From the IMG/VR virus record IMGVR_UViG_2731957753_000001, positions 12,324 to 76,323 of that record: DNA of 64,000 bases; one strand, given 5' to 3'. This document shows, one piece after another, positions 37,173 through 45,442 of this stretch. The position numbers and the translations under genes are program-made. Below the pieces are notes generated by a model. It did no database searches. It had not been told where the DNA came from and saw only the letters and a list, made by a program, of their open reading frames with translations. Source of the DNA: a virus. Lineage: Duplodnaviria; Caudoviricetes. Within the stretch, counting starts at the first letter, position 1. Each line of letters begins with the position of its first letter.

Positions 37173-38514
37173 ATGACATCACACGCTTAACCAGCCGCGG
37201 TTCAACAGGCTCCGGCTCGACCGACAACGGCAGCTCGTTCAACTTGATCTGCCGCCGCCACTTCCGCTCAGCGGTAGTTAGGAGATAGCGGGCGGAATCG
37301 ATGCCGTGGTCATTCAACTTGATCGGCTCGTCCTTACCCTTCTCGGTCGCCTTCGTATCCCACACATACCCCGGAATCTCTTTGATCAACTCCGGGCAGC
37401 GATCGGAGAACTTCAGGCGGCCGGACGCGACAAGCGCGGTCATAGTCCGGATCCCGTACAACACGTCCTTTTTGGCGGGATGCGTCGGCAGTCCGTCTTG
37501 TTTCAACTGGACACGGAAGTCGGCAGCCGATTGGTCGGCGATCACATACCCGCGGAACCCTTCCGGGTTCTCCGGGTCCTCGCTGGGGTGATGTGCCTTA
37601 TTGAGCCATTCCCGCAGGCCAGCCGACAACTGGACGTTCGTTTTACGTGCTTCCGCGTTGCTGGCCTTGTACCGCCACTCATCCATGCAATACAGGACAT
37701 CGTCGGAACCGTGCCCGATCATCACAGCGTGAGTCGGGTTGGTGGTGCCGTGGTCGACACCTACACCGAGGATCCACCGCATGTCGGGCAACTCCGACCA
37801 GGGCACAACATGCTTGTCCGGGTCGAACATGTCGAAGATAGCGCCATCAGCAGCGACCCAGCGCCCGAGGATGTTCCGCAAATAGAACAAACCCGTGAAC
37901 TCGGCTTTGATCGCCGCCACATACTCCGGCGCCAGGCTCGGGTTGTCGTCGAGCGTGAAATGCCACGCCCCGAGATTCATTCCCGACTCGCCGGCGCGGT
38001 CGATGAAGTTGACCTTCAAATAGTGGTTCGGGTTGTCCGGGTTCGTCGTCGCCAAACAGCGGGCACCGGGCACGGACAGGCGGGCGAGGAGCTGGGTCCA
38101 GAAGTTCTCCGGCAACAAGGTCGCTTCGTCCACGAGTGCGAGGCAAGCTGTCAGGCCACGGAGTTTCCCTTCCGCCCGAACATCCGAGGCGCCGATCAAA
38201 TGCACGGTCCGCCCGAGGATCACCGCAGTGTTCGACCCGCGCGTGTGATGCACCTCGTGCGCCCACTCACCGAACACCATCTCGTCCTGCATCGGCTCGA
38301 TGATGTTGCGTTCGATGGTCTGCAATGTTCGGCCGACGACAACGATCAACCCTGTGTCGGGGGCGTGCACGATCGCGTCGTAGAACGCGAGAATGCTCGC
38401 GATCGTCTTGCCGCTTCGTACAGCTCCGGCCCAGATGGACACTCGATGACGCCGGGATTCGATGATGCTGACGATCTGTTTCCGGGATAGCGGCAGTTCG
38501 TCGAGGACGCTCAC
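37171..38514 (-). CDS. terL: Terminase large subunit (PBSX-type)
   Basis: Walker A 'GAVRSGKT', 'LRGLT...VDEA', 'TTNPD', nuclease motifs 'GVDHG' and 'DHGIDSARY'. Confidence 0.95.
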   Translation of the reverse strand: MSVLDELPLSRKQIVSIIESRRHRVSIWAGAVRSGKTIASILAFYDAIVHAPDTGLIVVVGRTLQTIERNIIEPMQDEMVFGEWAHEVHHTRGSNTAVILGRTVHLIGASDVRAEGKLRGLTACLALVDEATLLPENFWTQLLARLSVPGARCLATTNPDNPNHYLKVNFIDRAGESGMNLGAWHFTLDDNPSLAPEYVAAIKAEFTGLFYLRNILGRWVAADGAIFDMFDPDKHVVPWSELPDMRWILGVGVDHGTTNPTHAVMIGHGSDDVLYCMDEWRYKASNAEARKTNVQLSAGLREWLNKAHHPSEDPENPEGFRGYVIADQSAADFRVQLKQDGLPTHPAKKDVLYGIRTMTALVASGRLKFSDRCPELIKEIPGYVWDTKATEKGKDEPIKLNDHGIDSARYLLTTAERKWRRQIKLNELPLSVEPEPVEPRLVKRVMS

Positions 38515-39038
38515 TCGGATTCGCCCGGTTCGTCGGTGTCGGGTTCGTCGTCTTGTTCGCCGACTGTGGCCTGTTCTGCGGCTACGAGTTCTTCGAGCCG
38601 GCCGAAGAAGTTCCCGATCATCGACGCGGTTTCGGTCGCGAGCCCGCCCTTGGCCTCAGCGATCGCTTTCAGTTCAGCGGCCTTGTACGACCCTGTGAGC
38701 TTGGCGCGCTGTTCCATGATCGCCAGCGCCCGGTCGATGTTCCAGGTTTGCCTCTTGTATTCGTCGTCGCTGTCTGGGTCGACGATCTGCCCCCAGATAG
38801 CGGCCCACATCTCGTCTAGCCGCTGGAGTTCGAGTTCGAGGTATTCTTCGGCGTTTTCGCGGGTGATGTCCGCGATCGCGTCTTTGATGTATTTGGAGAC
38901 GTTCTGTTTGGACCAGCCGGTTTCTCGAACGATCTGGGCTTGTGTCATTCCGGAGAGCCGCAGTTCGAGCGCGTAGTTGCGTTTCTCTTGCGTTTCGACG
39001 AGTTTCTCGACGGGGATGTGTCGACGGTTTCGTGCCAT
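38511..39038 (-). CDS. terS: Terminase small subunit (HTH)
   Basis: 'ALELRLSGMTQAQI...ELQRLDEM...ERAKLTG'; overlaps terL. Confidence 0.8.
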   Translation of the reverse strand: MARNRRHIPVEKLVETQEKRNYALELRLSGMTQAQIVRETGWSKQNVSKYIKDAIADITRENAEEYLELELQRLDEMWAAIWGQIVDPDSDDEYKRQTWNIDRALAIMEQRAKLTGSYKAAELKAIAEAKGGLATETASMIGNFFGRLEELVAAEQATVGEQDDEPDTDEPGESE

Positions 39039-39225
39039 TTTCGGCGACCTCCGAGAGCGTGACGGCGCCTGGCCTGTGCACGCACGTTAGGGGGTGGGGG
39101 ATGGTTCGCCGCCTGGGCTGAACCATGAGCTGGGGTGGTCGCTGGAAATGTGCAGGTTCGGACAGGTGTCCGAGTTTGCACTATACGGTAGCGTAAGCAG
39201 CGAACCGAAGTGTAATCTCAAATGT

Positions 39226-39468
39226 ATGAACAGTGCTCGGGACACAGATACTGTGGCGAGGTTGCGCAGGTCGATTGCGGTGGTGAAGCGCGGTAAGGAA
39301 GCCGCTAAAGAACGTGATCAGGCGATTGCGCGCCTGAAGTTGGAGATCAATCCGGCGACCGGTCGGCTGTGGACGTGGCCGCAGATCGCTGCCCTGTCCG
39401 GCCTGTCACGTATCGGCGTAATCGATGCGAGCAAGCGGGCGTTGCAGGACCAGCAGGACGTTAACTGA
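39226..39468 (+). CDS. Small HTH protein, possibly leaderless
   Basis: 'WTWPQIAALSGLSRIGV'; TAATCT 7 nt upstream of the ATG. Confidence 0.65.
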   Translation: MNSARDTDTVARLRRSIAVVKRGKEAAKERDQAIARLKLEINPATGRLWTWPQIAALSGLSRIGVIDASKRALQDQQDVN

Positions 39469-39694
39469 CTGTTCGCGCGAGTGCCGCGATCGGATCCCAG
39501 TGGGGCGGCAGATCGTTCGTGAGGTGGCGGGCGACCAGTTCGATAGCTACGCGTGTGAGCAGCGGCCTGCGTTCTAAGGCTCTATCGACGCCCTCACTCA
39601 GGGTGTGCCCTTCTGGGGCGATTGCGTCCGCGACGACTACGACCCCGATCACGACTAGCCACAAATGCCACGCCTTCAAACGCGCCCGGGTCAC
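39461..39694 (-). CDS. Small membrane protein
   Basis: TM N-terminus; 'TLSEGVDRAL...HL...P.WDP'. Confidence 0.7.
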   Translation of the reverse strand: MTRARLKAWHLWLVVIGVVVVADAIAPEGHTLSEGVDRALERRPLLTRVAIELVARHLTNDLPPHWDPIAALARTVS

Positions 39695-39849
39695 GGTTCG
39701 TCCGCTTCCTCTTCAGGGCACAGCATGTGCGGCATCATGTCCTGCGACATTGCGGACCACAGTGCGGTCACCAAATCGGTGGGCGATATCTGCACTGGTT
39801 CGGGCATCTGGATTTCGAGTTCGAAAGGCCCCATTTTCAAACGGAATCT
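39691..39849 (-). CDS. Hypothetical protein
   Basis: Starts MRFRLKMGPFELEI; coupled to neighbours. Confidence 0.55.
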   Translation of the reverse strand, partial: RFRLKMGPFELEIQMPEPVQISPTDLVTALWSAMSQDMMPHMLCPEEEADEP

Positions 39850-39872
39850 CATCGGGGCCTCCAAGTAAGTGT

Positions 39873-40109
39873 TCAGGCGACCTGCGAGGCCGCCCATTTC
39901 AACCATTCGGGTGCATACCCGTGCTTGTGGTGTTCGCCGACCACAGTTACCGGGGTGGATGCGTATCCGAGGCTGCGCAGGTACTCCCCCGCGGCAGGGT
40001 CCTCGGTCACATCGATCTTCCGATAGGTGGCGCCGAGCTGATCTAGCTTCCGGGCGACCGCCTTACACGGTTGACAATCTGGGCGGCTATATACAGTTAT
40101 TTCAAGCAT
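39873..40109 (-). CDS. nrdH: NrdH-like glutaredoxin
   Basis: 'TVYSRPDCQPC...GYASTPV'. Confidence 0.92.
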   Translation of the reverse strand: MLEITVYSRPDCQPCKAVARKLDQLGATYRKIDVTEDPAAGEYLRSLGYASTPVTVVGEHHKHGYAPEWLKWAASQVA

Positions 40110-41050
40110 CAGGGCAGGCGAATTCCAAGGTCAGGCAGCGGCGGCAACACGAGCGCCGGCAACGGGGGCGGGATATAGGCGAGGGCTTCGGCCGGCAAGT
40201 ACTGCTCAACCTCGTCGGGCACGTACTCATGCAGCGGGGTCGGCTCGTACGGCGGCATGCCGTAGAAGTTCGGCAGTGGGCCTGGTTCCCATGTCGGGAT
40301 CGGCGCGGCCGGGTATTCGGTGGGCAGCCCGGTCGGGGTCGACTCGGGAAGCACCGGGATCGGTGTCGGCGCCTGCACCAGGGTTTCCTCACCCGCGGGG
40401 TATTCGTCGGCTTCACCGGGACGGTACGAATGCCAGCCCGACAGCGCACCAACAACACCCTGGACGAAACCAACAGGGTCACCGAGCGGGTTCGGCGAGT
40501 CGCAGGCTGCGTCGAATTCGTGGCAGACGCTCGTGGTGTTCGGGTGGTTCTCGCGCCGCCCCGGCGAACTCACACCCGGCAGGAACCCGGGCAGAGCATC
40601 ATAGATACCGCCAGCAGTCCGCGGATCCCCATACACGACAACCTCATCGGCCAGCGCGGCCTCATCCCCCGCGATCTCCGCACCCAGAGAATGCCCAATC
40701 ACCTTCACATGACCACCAGGGCACGCGGCGCGGTAGTCGGCGATAGTGTCCCGGAGGATAGCTTTCCCGTCGGCGACCGATTCATCCCTCGTGTACGGTC
40801 CGGTCGGCCAAACCGAGGACTTGTAGTCCACCGAGACCGTCTGACGCCCCAACGTGGCCTCACGATCCAACTGCCGGCTCATCAAATTCGGCAGCCCAGC
40901 CGTCTCGACCAACCTTTGCCCGTTCCCGCCGACACCGATCGTGACCGGACGACAGTCCGGGGCACCAACAGCGGGCGTGGCGAACGCAAGCGGCCCGAGC
41001 CATACGACACCAGCGGTCACGCATACAGCGGCCGTGAGACGACGAGACAT
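40109..41050 (-). CDS. Secreted PE-PPE/cutinase-type serine hydrolase with Pro-rich tail
   Basis: Signal peptide, GHSLG nucleophile elbow, 'YGDPR', 'CHEFDAACD'. Confidence 0.82.
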   Translation of the reverse strand: MSRRLTAAVCVTAGVVWLGPLAFATPAVGAPDCRPVTIGVGGNGQRLVETAGLPNLMSRQLDREATLGRQTVSVDYKSSVWPTGPYTRDESVADGKAILRDTIADYRAACPGGHVKVIGHSLGAEIAGDEAALADEVVVYGDPRTAGGIYDALPGFLPGVSSPGRRENHPNTTSVCHEFDAACDSPNPLGDPVGFVQGVVGALSGWHSYRPGEADEYPAGEETLVQAPTPIPVLPESTPTGLPTEYPAAPIPTWEPGPLPNFYGMPPYEPTPLHEYVPDEVEQYLPAEALAYIPPPLPALVLPPLPDLGIRLP

Positions 41051-41054
41051 GGCG

Positions 41055-41420
41055 CCTCCCGACGCTGCGAAGTTTGAGCCCGCCGGCTCCCAGGTAGCGA
41101 CAACCGGCCGGCGGGCAGCCGCGGCGCCAAAGGCAGCCAGCGGCGAACGCCAGCGAGATCACCTACAACCGCGGCGTGAGATCCTGCGGCGGCCCCGGAA
41201 ACGTGAATGGGGCACGAGAGCGCTGGCGAAATCTGTTAGAATGCAGGCGAAAGCCCCAGTGTGCGCCGCCTCTGCCATAGCATGCGGCATCGCCTCTACC
41301 CCTGCTAGGGGGCAAGCGCCTGGGGCTCTCGCCATTCTCGCGGTAGGTGTTCTCCTGGCAGCACCGCCACTACCTTCATTGCGATACCCCGCAGGGTCGC
41401 ACCACGCATGTATGCGCAGT
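41055..41420. other. Structured non-coding interval
   Basis: Stems 41078-87/41107-16, 41252-59/41320-27, 41246-50/41329-33; no credible ORF. Confidence 0.5.
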
Positions 41421-41426
41421 TAAGAT

Positions 41427-41519
41427 TCAGCCGATCAAGGCGAGAATGTCGATCAGTGCTTCGACAACGATCATGCCGATCTTGCCGAGCAACAGAACAG
41501 AATCAAGATCAATGCTCAT
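41427..41519 (-). CDS. 30-aa hydrophobic peptide MSIDLDSVLLLGKIGMIVVEALIDILALIG
   Basis: AGGAG RBS 7 nt upstream; absent from the ORF track because of its size. Confidence 0.65.
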   Translation of the reverse strand: MSIDLDSVLLLGKIGMIVVEALIDILALIG

Positions 41520-41533
41520 CCGGGGCTCCTAGA

Positions 41534-41710
41534 TCAGGCAGGGGTCTGCCAGGCATACCCGCCCGACGTCTTCGTGAGCACCTGACCTGTAGTACCGCCC
41601 GAGGGAACAAGCAGCAGTTCGTCACCGAGGACGTCTTTGATCGCAGCGACCAGTTCCTCAGCGGTGATGGTGCCGGACTCGCCGGCGACAGTGAATGTAT
41701 AGCCCGACAT
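41534..41710 (-). CDS. 58-aa protein with a tail-fibre-type motif
   Basis: GGAGG RBS; 'PSGGTTGQVLTKTSGGYAWQTP'. Confidence 0.7.
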   Translation of the reverse strand: MSGYTFTVAGESGTITAEELVAAIKDVLGDELLLVPSGGTTGQVLTKTSGGYAWQTPA

Positions 41711-41749
41711 GGGGCCTCCATGGTGATAGTGGGTTATTCGGTTCCTGGC

Positions 41750-42178
41750 TTAAGCCGCGGGACGCAACGTCACACGGATAGCGCCGTCATCGGCTGTTTC
41801 GCGCACGATTTCCTGGAACCGTCGCCCTTCGATCCACCAGTCAGCGCCCTCGATGGTCGGCGCGAACCCTGGGGTCGCATAGTCCTCCGGGGTCGGCCAA
41901 ACCAGCAGCGGCATCGACTTGTCCTCCAGCCACGACAACTCGACACCCCGGATACGGTTCTCTGTTACCACCGAGCGCCAGTTCTCCAGACGACCCGACC
42001 AGCGCTCACCCGACTCATCGTCATCGACAGTCAGGAACACAGGCTGGTCAGGGTCAGCGCTGCGGATAGCATGTGCGAGAGGATGCCCGAGATCCGGCAA
42101 CCGCGAATAGTCCTCACCGGGCTCGAACGTGTACAGCAGAGCGAAGTTCCGGTCCCACACGCGAGCGAACTTGGACAT
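41750..42178 (-). CDS. Stand-alone paralog of the tail-hub N-terminal domain
   Basis: RVWDRNFAL / HPLAHAI / VFLTVDDDESGERWSGRL align with RLWDGDFRL / DPLAKWI / VYITVDKDGARWSGRL of 15027..16748. Confidence 0.75.
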   Translation of the reverse strand: MSKFARVWDRNFALLYTFEPGEDYSRLPDLGHPLAHAIRSADPDQPVFLTVDDDESGERWSGRLENWRSVVTENRIRGVELSWLEDKSMPLLVWPTPEDYATPGFAPTIEGADWWIEGRRFQEIVRETADDGAIRVTLRPAA

Positions 42179-42372
42179 TATTCGAGTTCTCCTGGCAGAT
42201 AGTGTCGGCAGCCGCAATCCGGGCCACCCTTCGGGCAGGCACGCCACTCAACCTCGGGCGGATCAACGTACTCGGATTCCCAACGGGCAGTCTCACGCTT
42301 CTCACGCTGACGGGCAGTACCGCGCTCAGGTGGATGGCAGCAGCCCATCCAACAGTTCCGGTGCACCATCAT
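42178..42372 (-). CDS. Small Cys-rich protein
   Basis: 'CWMGCC...CPKGGPDCGCRH'; TAATG coupling to the next gene. Confidence 0.55.
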   Translation of the reverse strand: MMVHRNCWMGCCHPPERGTARQREKRETARWESEYVDPPEVEWRACPKGGPDCGCRHYLPGELE

Positions 42373-42396
42373 CGCCACGGGACGCCTCCGGAAAGT

Positions 42397-42439
42397 GAAA
42401 AGCCCGCCGAAGTGAGCACCGTTGGGAGGCTTGGCGGGC
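42397..42439 (-). terminator. Terminator-like hairpin after the tRNA
   Basis: GCCCGCC...GGCGGGC followed by TTTT on the minus strand. Confidence 0.65.
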
Positions 42440-42446
42440 ATCGTTG

Positions 42447-42521
42447 TGGCAGTGGTCGGATTTGAACCGACGTCCTCTTGGGTATGAACCAAGCGCGCTC
42501 ACCGAACTGCGCCACACTGCT
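42447..42521 (-). tRNA. tRNA with CAT anticodon (Met/fMet/Ile2)
   Basis: Full cloverleaf: D-stem GCGC/GCGC, anticodon arm CTTGG-TTCATAC-CCAAG, T-arm GTCGG-TTCAAAT-CCGAC; A1:C72 mismatch; CCA not encoded. Confidence 0.92.
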
Positions 42522-43080
42522 ATGAGGCAGGCACCCTTGCGGGCGGTCTGCCATGTAGTCGCCCACCGAAGCGGACTGGTGGGCTCTACCCCACTGCTCG
42601 GCATCCCAGAACCTTGTGGGCTCCGTCTGCCGCAATTACTAAACCCGCCGCCAAAGACAACGGGTGGTATTCCAATGTCCGCAGGGGGAGGCCGAAGCCC
42701 GCAAGTCCCGCGGCCCAGTATGCGGCCCCGACGCAAGGGGTGATCAAGTCCGCAATACGCCGGGGCGGTTCAGAAAAGACCCCAAGCTACGAGAGCATGG
42801 GGTGGGCGACCCGATACAACGCCTCAGGTAAGGCGTTCCCCGCTCGCTTCAACCGCAACTGCTGGTCTTTACACGACAAGGCCCACCGGCACGGGGAAGA
42901 TCATGCCCCCGGCGACTTGCATCAGCGGCCCACCGGGGGTTTCGCGAAGGTTGGGTGCCCGATTCCATCGGGAGACCGACCCCACTTCGGCACCCCAGAG
43001 GATGCCGCAACCGATGCCCACCAAGCCGGAACGCCGACTGGATTTGGGCCCAAGTATCCGAAGACAGGGTCTCACAAGTA
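42522..43080 (-). ncRNA. Candidate large structured ncRNA co-transcribed with the tRNA
   Basis: Three C(UUCG)G loops, two GCAA loops, many stems, no credible ORF; promoter TTGTCA-N18-CAAAAT at 43116-43087. Confidence 0.6.
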
Positions 43081-43193
43081 GGTAGGATTTTGCAAGTTTT
43101 GTTGCCGATTTGACAAGTATCTACCGCTTTTACCGCCCGCCAAAACGGCCCCCACCTGCAAAACAATCGCAAAATGTGATTTGTCCCACAATT

Positions 43194-43763
43194 CTAGGCT
43201 GCTGCCCGTTCGGGCGCCTCACTCGCTCGCAGGTCCTCGATGTGGTCGACCAAGCCGGGCGTCAACCGGAACCACTCCCTGGTATGCCGCGCCGACCGGA
43301 ACTGTCCGTGGCGCTTCTTCTCCAGCTTCCGCGCGCCGAACTCGATCGCCGGCACTTCATCGTGCACGAGATTCGAAAGGCGGACGCCCAGGTTGCCCGT
43401 GTATCCGATTTTCAGATACGGGCCGAACCGCAGGTAGTAGACGACGCTCTTCCCAAACCCGTGAAACAGATGCGATTGCGTAAGCCGCCGCCGGTACTCG
43501 CGTTCATCACGCTCGAACGAACAGGACACGCACCGCGTGGTCTCACCGAGACTGTCCACCCACAACGTGTCGCGATCACCGCATCCAGGACAACTCCACC
43601 GCAACCGCTCCGCGTCCGCGGGTACTACCTCGCGGACCTTCTCCTCACGCTCGAACTCGAACGCCCGCAAAGTCTCGGTAGCGACGTTGAAGTCCCGGAT
43701 AGCTTTCTGCCAGTGCCAGGTACACAAGCTGACGGACGAGGCGAACGCGTCCGCTGCTGGCAC
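43194..43763 (-). CDS. GIY-YIG/T5orf172-like protein with a Zn-ribbon (start may lie further upstream)
   Basis: 'VYYLRFGPYLKIGYT...RL...EKKRH.QF...EWF'; CPGC...CVSC. Confidence 0.75.
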   Translation of the reverse strand: MPAADAFASSVSLCTWHWQKAIRDFNVATETLRAFEFEREEKVREVVPADAERLRWSCPGCGDRDTLWVDSLGETTRCVSCSFERDEREYRRRLTQSHLFHGFGKSVVYYLRFGPYLKIGYTGNLGVRLSNLVHDEVPAIEFGARKLEKKRHGQFRSARHTREWFRLTPGLVDHIEDLRASEAPERAAA

Positions 43764-43900
43764 GTCGCAATCAGGCTGCCCGCAAAGCGCGTGGCCGAAG
43801 GCCGACTCTGCGCTCCACTGCCTCCCAAACCCTGCCTTGTAGTGATACGTCGACGATTCGCTAGAAATAGCAACCCCCGTGCTGGTTTGACCTTGCTTCT

Positions 43901-43929
43901 ATTCTCTCGCGCTGGTCAAACCACGAATT
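43901..43929 (-). promoter_or_regulatory. Phage-specific promoter motif, copy 2
   Basis: AATTCGTGGTTTGAC-N8-GAGAAT. Confidence 0.65.
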
Positions 43930-44533
43930 ACGCCGCTCTCCACCCGTACAGCGCGAGGACTTTCGGGATGTCTGGTGGCATGTAGGTGGGCGGTTTGACG
44001 ATCTTATTTGCGTCGTTTCGCAGCACTTTCCCGCCCACGATCTTGCTGAGGTTGGACGCCTGAACTGACCTCCAGACTGCTTCCATCGGCAACGCGAGGA
44101 TCGAACCGAGTGCCGCAACCGACAGGACCAGGATTTCGGCGTAGTTGCAGGTGAGATGGTGTTCGCGCCGTTCGACTGCATATTTGAGGTTCGCGACCGC
44201 GCTCTCGATCTTCTCCGGGTAGTCCGTGAATTCGCTGTCGTACACATCCCATCCGGGCGCACGATGGGTGATGTTGACGAGGTTCGGCAGATCAACAAGC
44301 GCACGCCCGCCGATCCGCAGAATCAGACCAGCGGTTACGTAGAGCAGGTCCGCGATTCCGTCGGCTACCTCGATCATGTCCCGCGCGTTGAGGGCGTCAC
44401 ACAGTTCGCCGGCTTCCTCGTCGATCAGTGCGAGCGCGAGATCGATATCGGGGTGCGGCGGCCAACCGGGCTCATTCAACAGCAGGACATCGGCCGCACG
44501 GTTGAAGGTTTCGACGTCAGAGAGCAGGTCCAT
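43928..44533 (-). CDS. MazG/HisE-like nucleotide pyrophosphohydrolase
   Basis: 'LIDEEAGEL...EVADGIADLLYV', 'VQASNLSK...KIVKP'. Confidence 0.85.
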   Translation of the reverse strand: MDLLSDVETFNRAADVLLLNEPGWPPHPDIDLALALIDEEAGELCDALNARDMIEVADGIADLLYVTAGLILRIGGRALVDLPNLVNITHRAPGWDVYDSEFTDYPEKIESAVANLKYAVERREHHLTCNYAEILVLSVAALGSILALPMEAVWRSVQASNLSKIVGGKVLRNDANKIVKPPTYMPPDIPKVLALYGWRAA

Positions 44534-44840
44534 GCTCGGGTTCCTTTCGTGCACAGCAGCCGCAGCAACCGTGGATGGTGTTGGCGAGTTGCCCGGTTTC
44601 CTCCCAGTACGCGTACTGGTCGGGGTCTGGGTGGCCGATGCCGTGTTCGGGGCACAGTCGTTCGAAGATGCCGCGGTCGTCCCGCCAGAGCAGCGTCCAA
44701 GCCCGCATGTGGTGGTCGGTGGGTGCGTGGATGACGCAGGCCCGTCCTTGACAAGCGGTTTCGGGGTGGACGTTGACGAGTTCGCTGATGGCGGCCCCGA
44801 ACCCATATCGGTCGGTGGCGAGCACCTGGAAGCCGCTCAC
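44517..44840 (-). CDS. Conserved actinophage His/Cys-rich protein
   Basis: 'HHMRAW...DRGIFERLCPEHGIGHPDPD...HGCCGCC'. Confidence 0.7.
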   Translation of the reverse strand: MSGFQVLATDRYGFGAAISELVNVHPETACQGRACVIHAPTDHHMRAWTLLWRDDRGIFERLCPEHGIGHPDPDQYAYWEETGQLANTIHGCCGCCARKEPEHGPAL

Positions 44841-45442
44841 TTCTCCCCCAGCGATTCGAGGCAGCTGGTGAGGAAGTCGGCGGGCAGGTCGCCGTCGATT
44901 TCCATGCCGCGGCCGATGTACTTGTAGAAGTTCACTTCGGCCCCGGTTGGCTTGTACAGGAAGTTGGGCCGCATCTCGGGGCATGTCTTCATGTGCGGGT
45001 TCTCGCGCTCCCATGCCTGATAGGCAGGTTCCCGCTCGCAGGTGCAGTGCATCATCGCACCCGTTTCGGGCAGTCCCCATTCGCGGGCGATCTCGAAGCA
45101 GTCGACCTCGTCATGCGCGGGCAGGTTGGGGTCGTATTCGCTGTCGCGGTAGTTCCATGCGCCGCGCCGCTCCAGTTCGGATTGGTAGCAGGTGTTCGAG
45201 TGGGGGTGGGCGTCGAGCCATTCCGCCGACAGTTCCTGCCAGCCGCACAAACAGTCGCCCCACCAGAACGGGAACATGGAGAACACGCTGGTCTCGTAAT
45301 CGAACCCGTAGCCGTCTGGCCCGCCGAGCCCGCCGGCGAGTTGTTCACCGGTCACCTTGGCGATTGCGCGGGTCAAATGTCGGAGGTCGGTAGATACTTT
45401 GTCGCTGCTGATGGCAGGCAGGACGATCCGCAGTTCGGTCAC
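44837..45442 (-). CDS. Hypothetical protein
   Basis: 'FSMFPFWWGDCLCG...NFLYKPTG...YKYIGRGME'; coupled ORF. Confidence 0.75.
   Translation of the reverse strand: MTELRIVLPAISSDKVSTDLRHLTRAIAKVTGEQLAGGLGGPDGYGFDYETSVFSMFPFWWGDCLCGWQELSAEWLDAHPHSNTCYQSELERRGAWNYRDSEYDPNLPAHDEVDCFEIAREWGLPETGAMMHCTCEREPAYQAWERENPHMKTCPEMRPNFLYKPTGAEVNFYKYIGRGMEIDGDLPADFLTSCLESLGEK

Noticed and set aside
42522-43080. tmRNA or group I intron
   Set aside because: No Ala acceptor with G3:U70 or tag ORF; no interrupted gene or recognisable P7 core by eye; a covariance search is still needed
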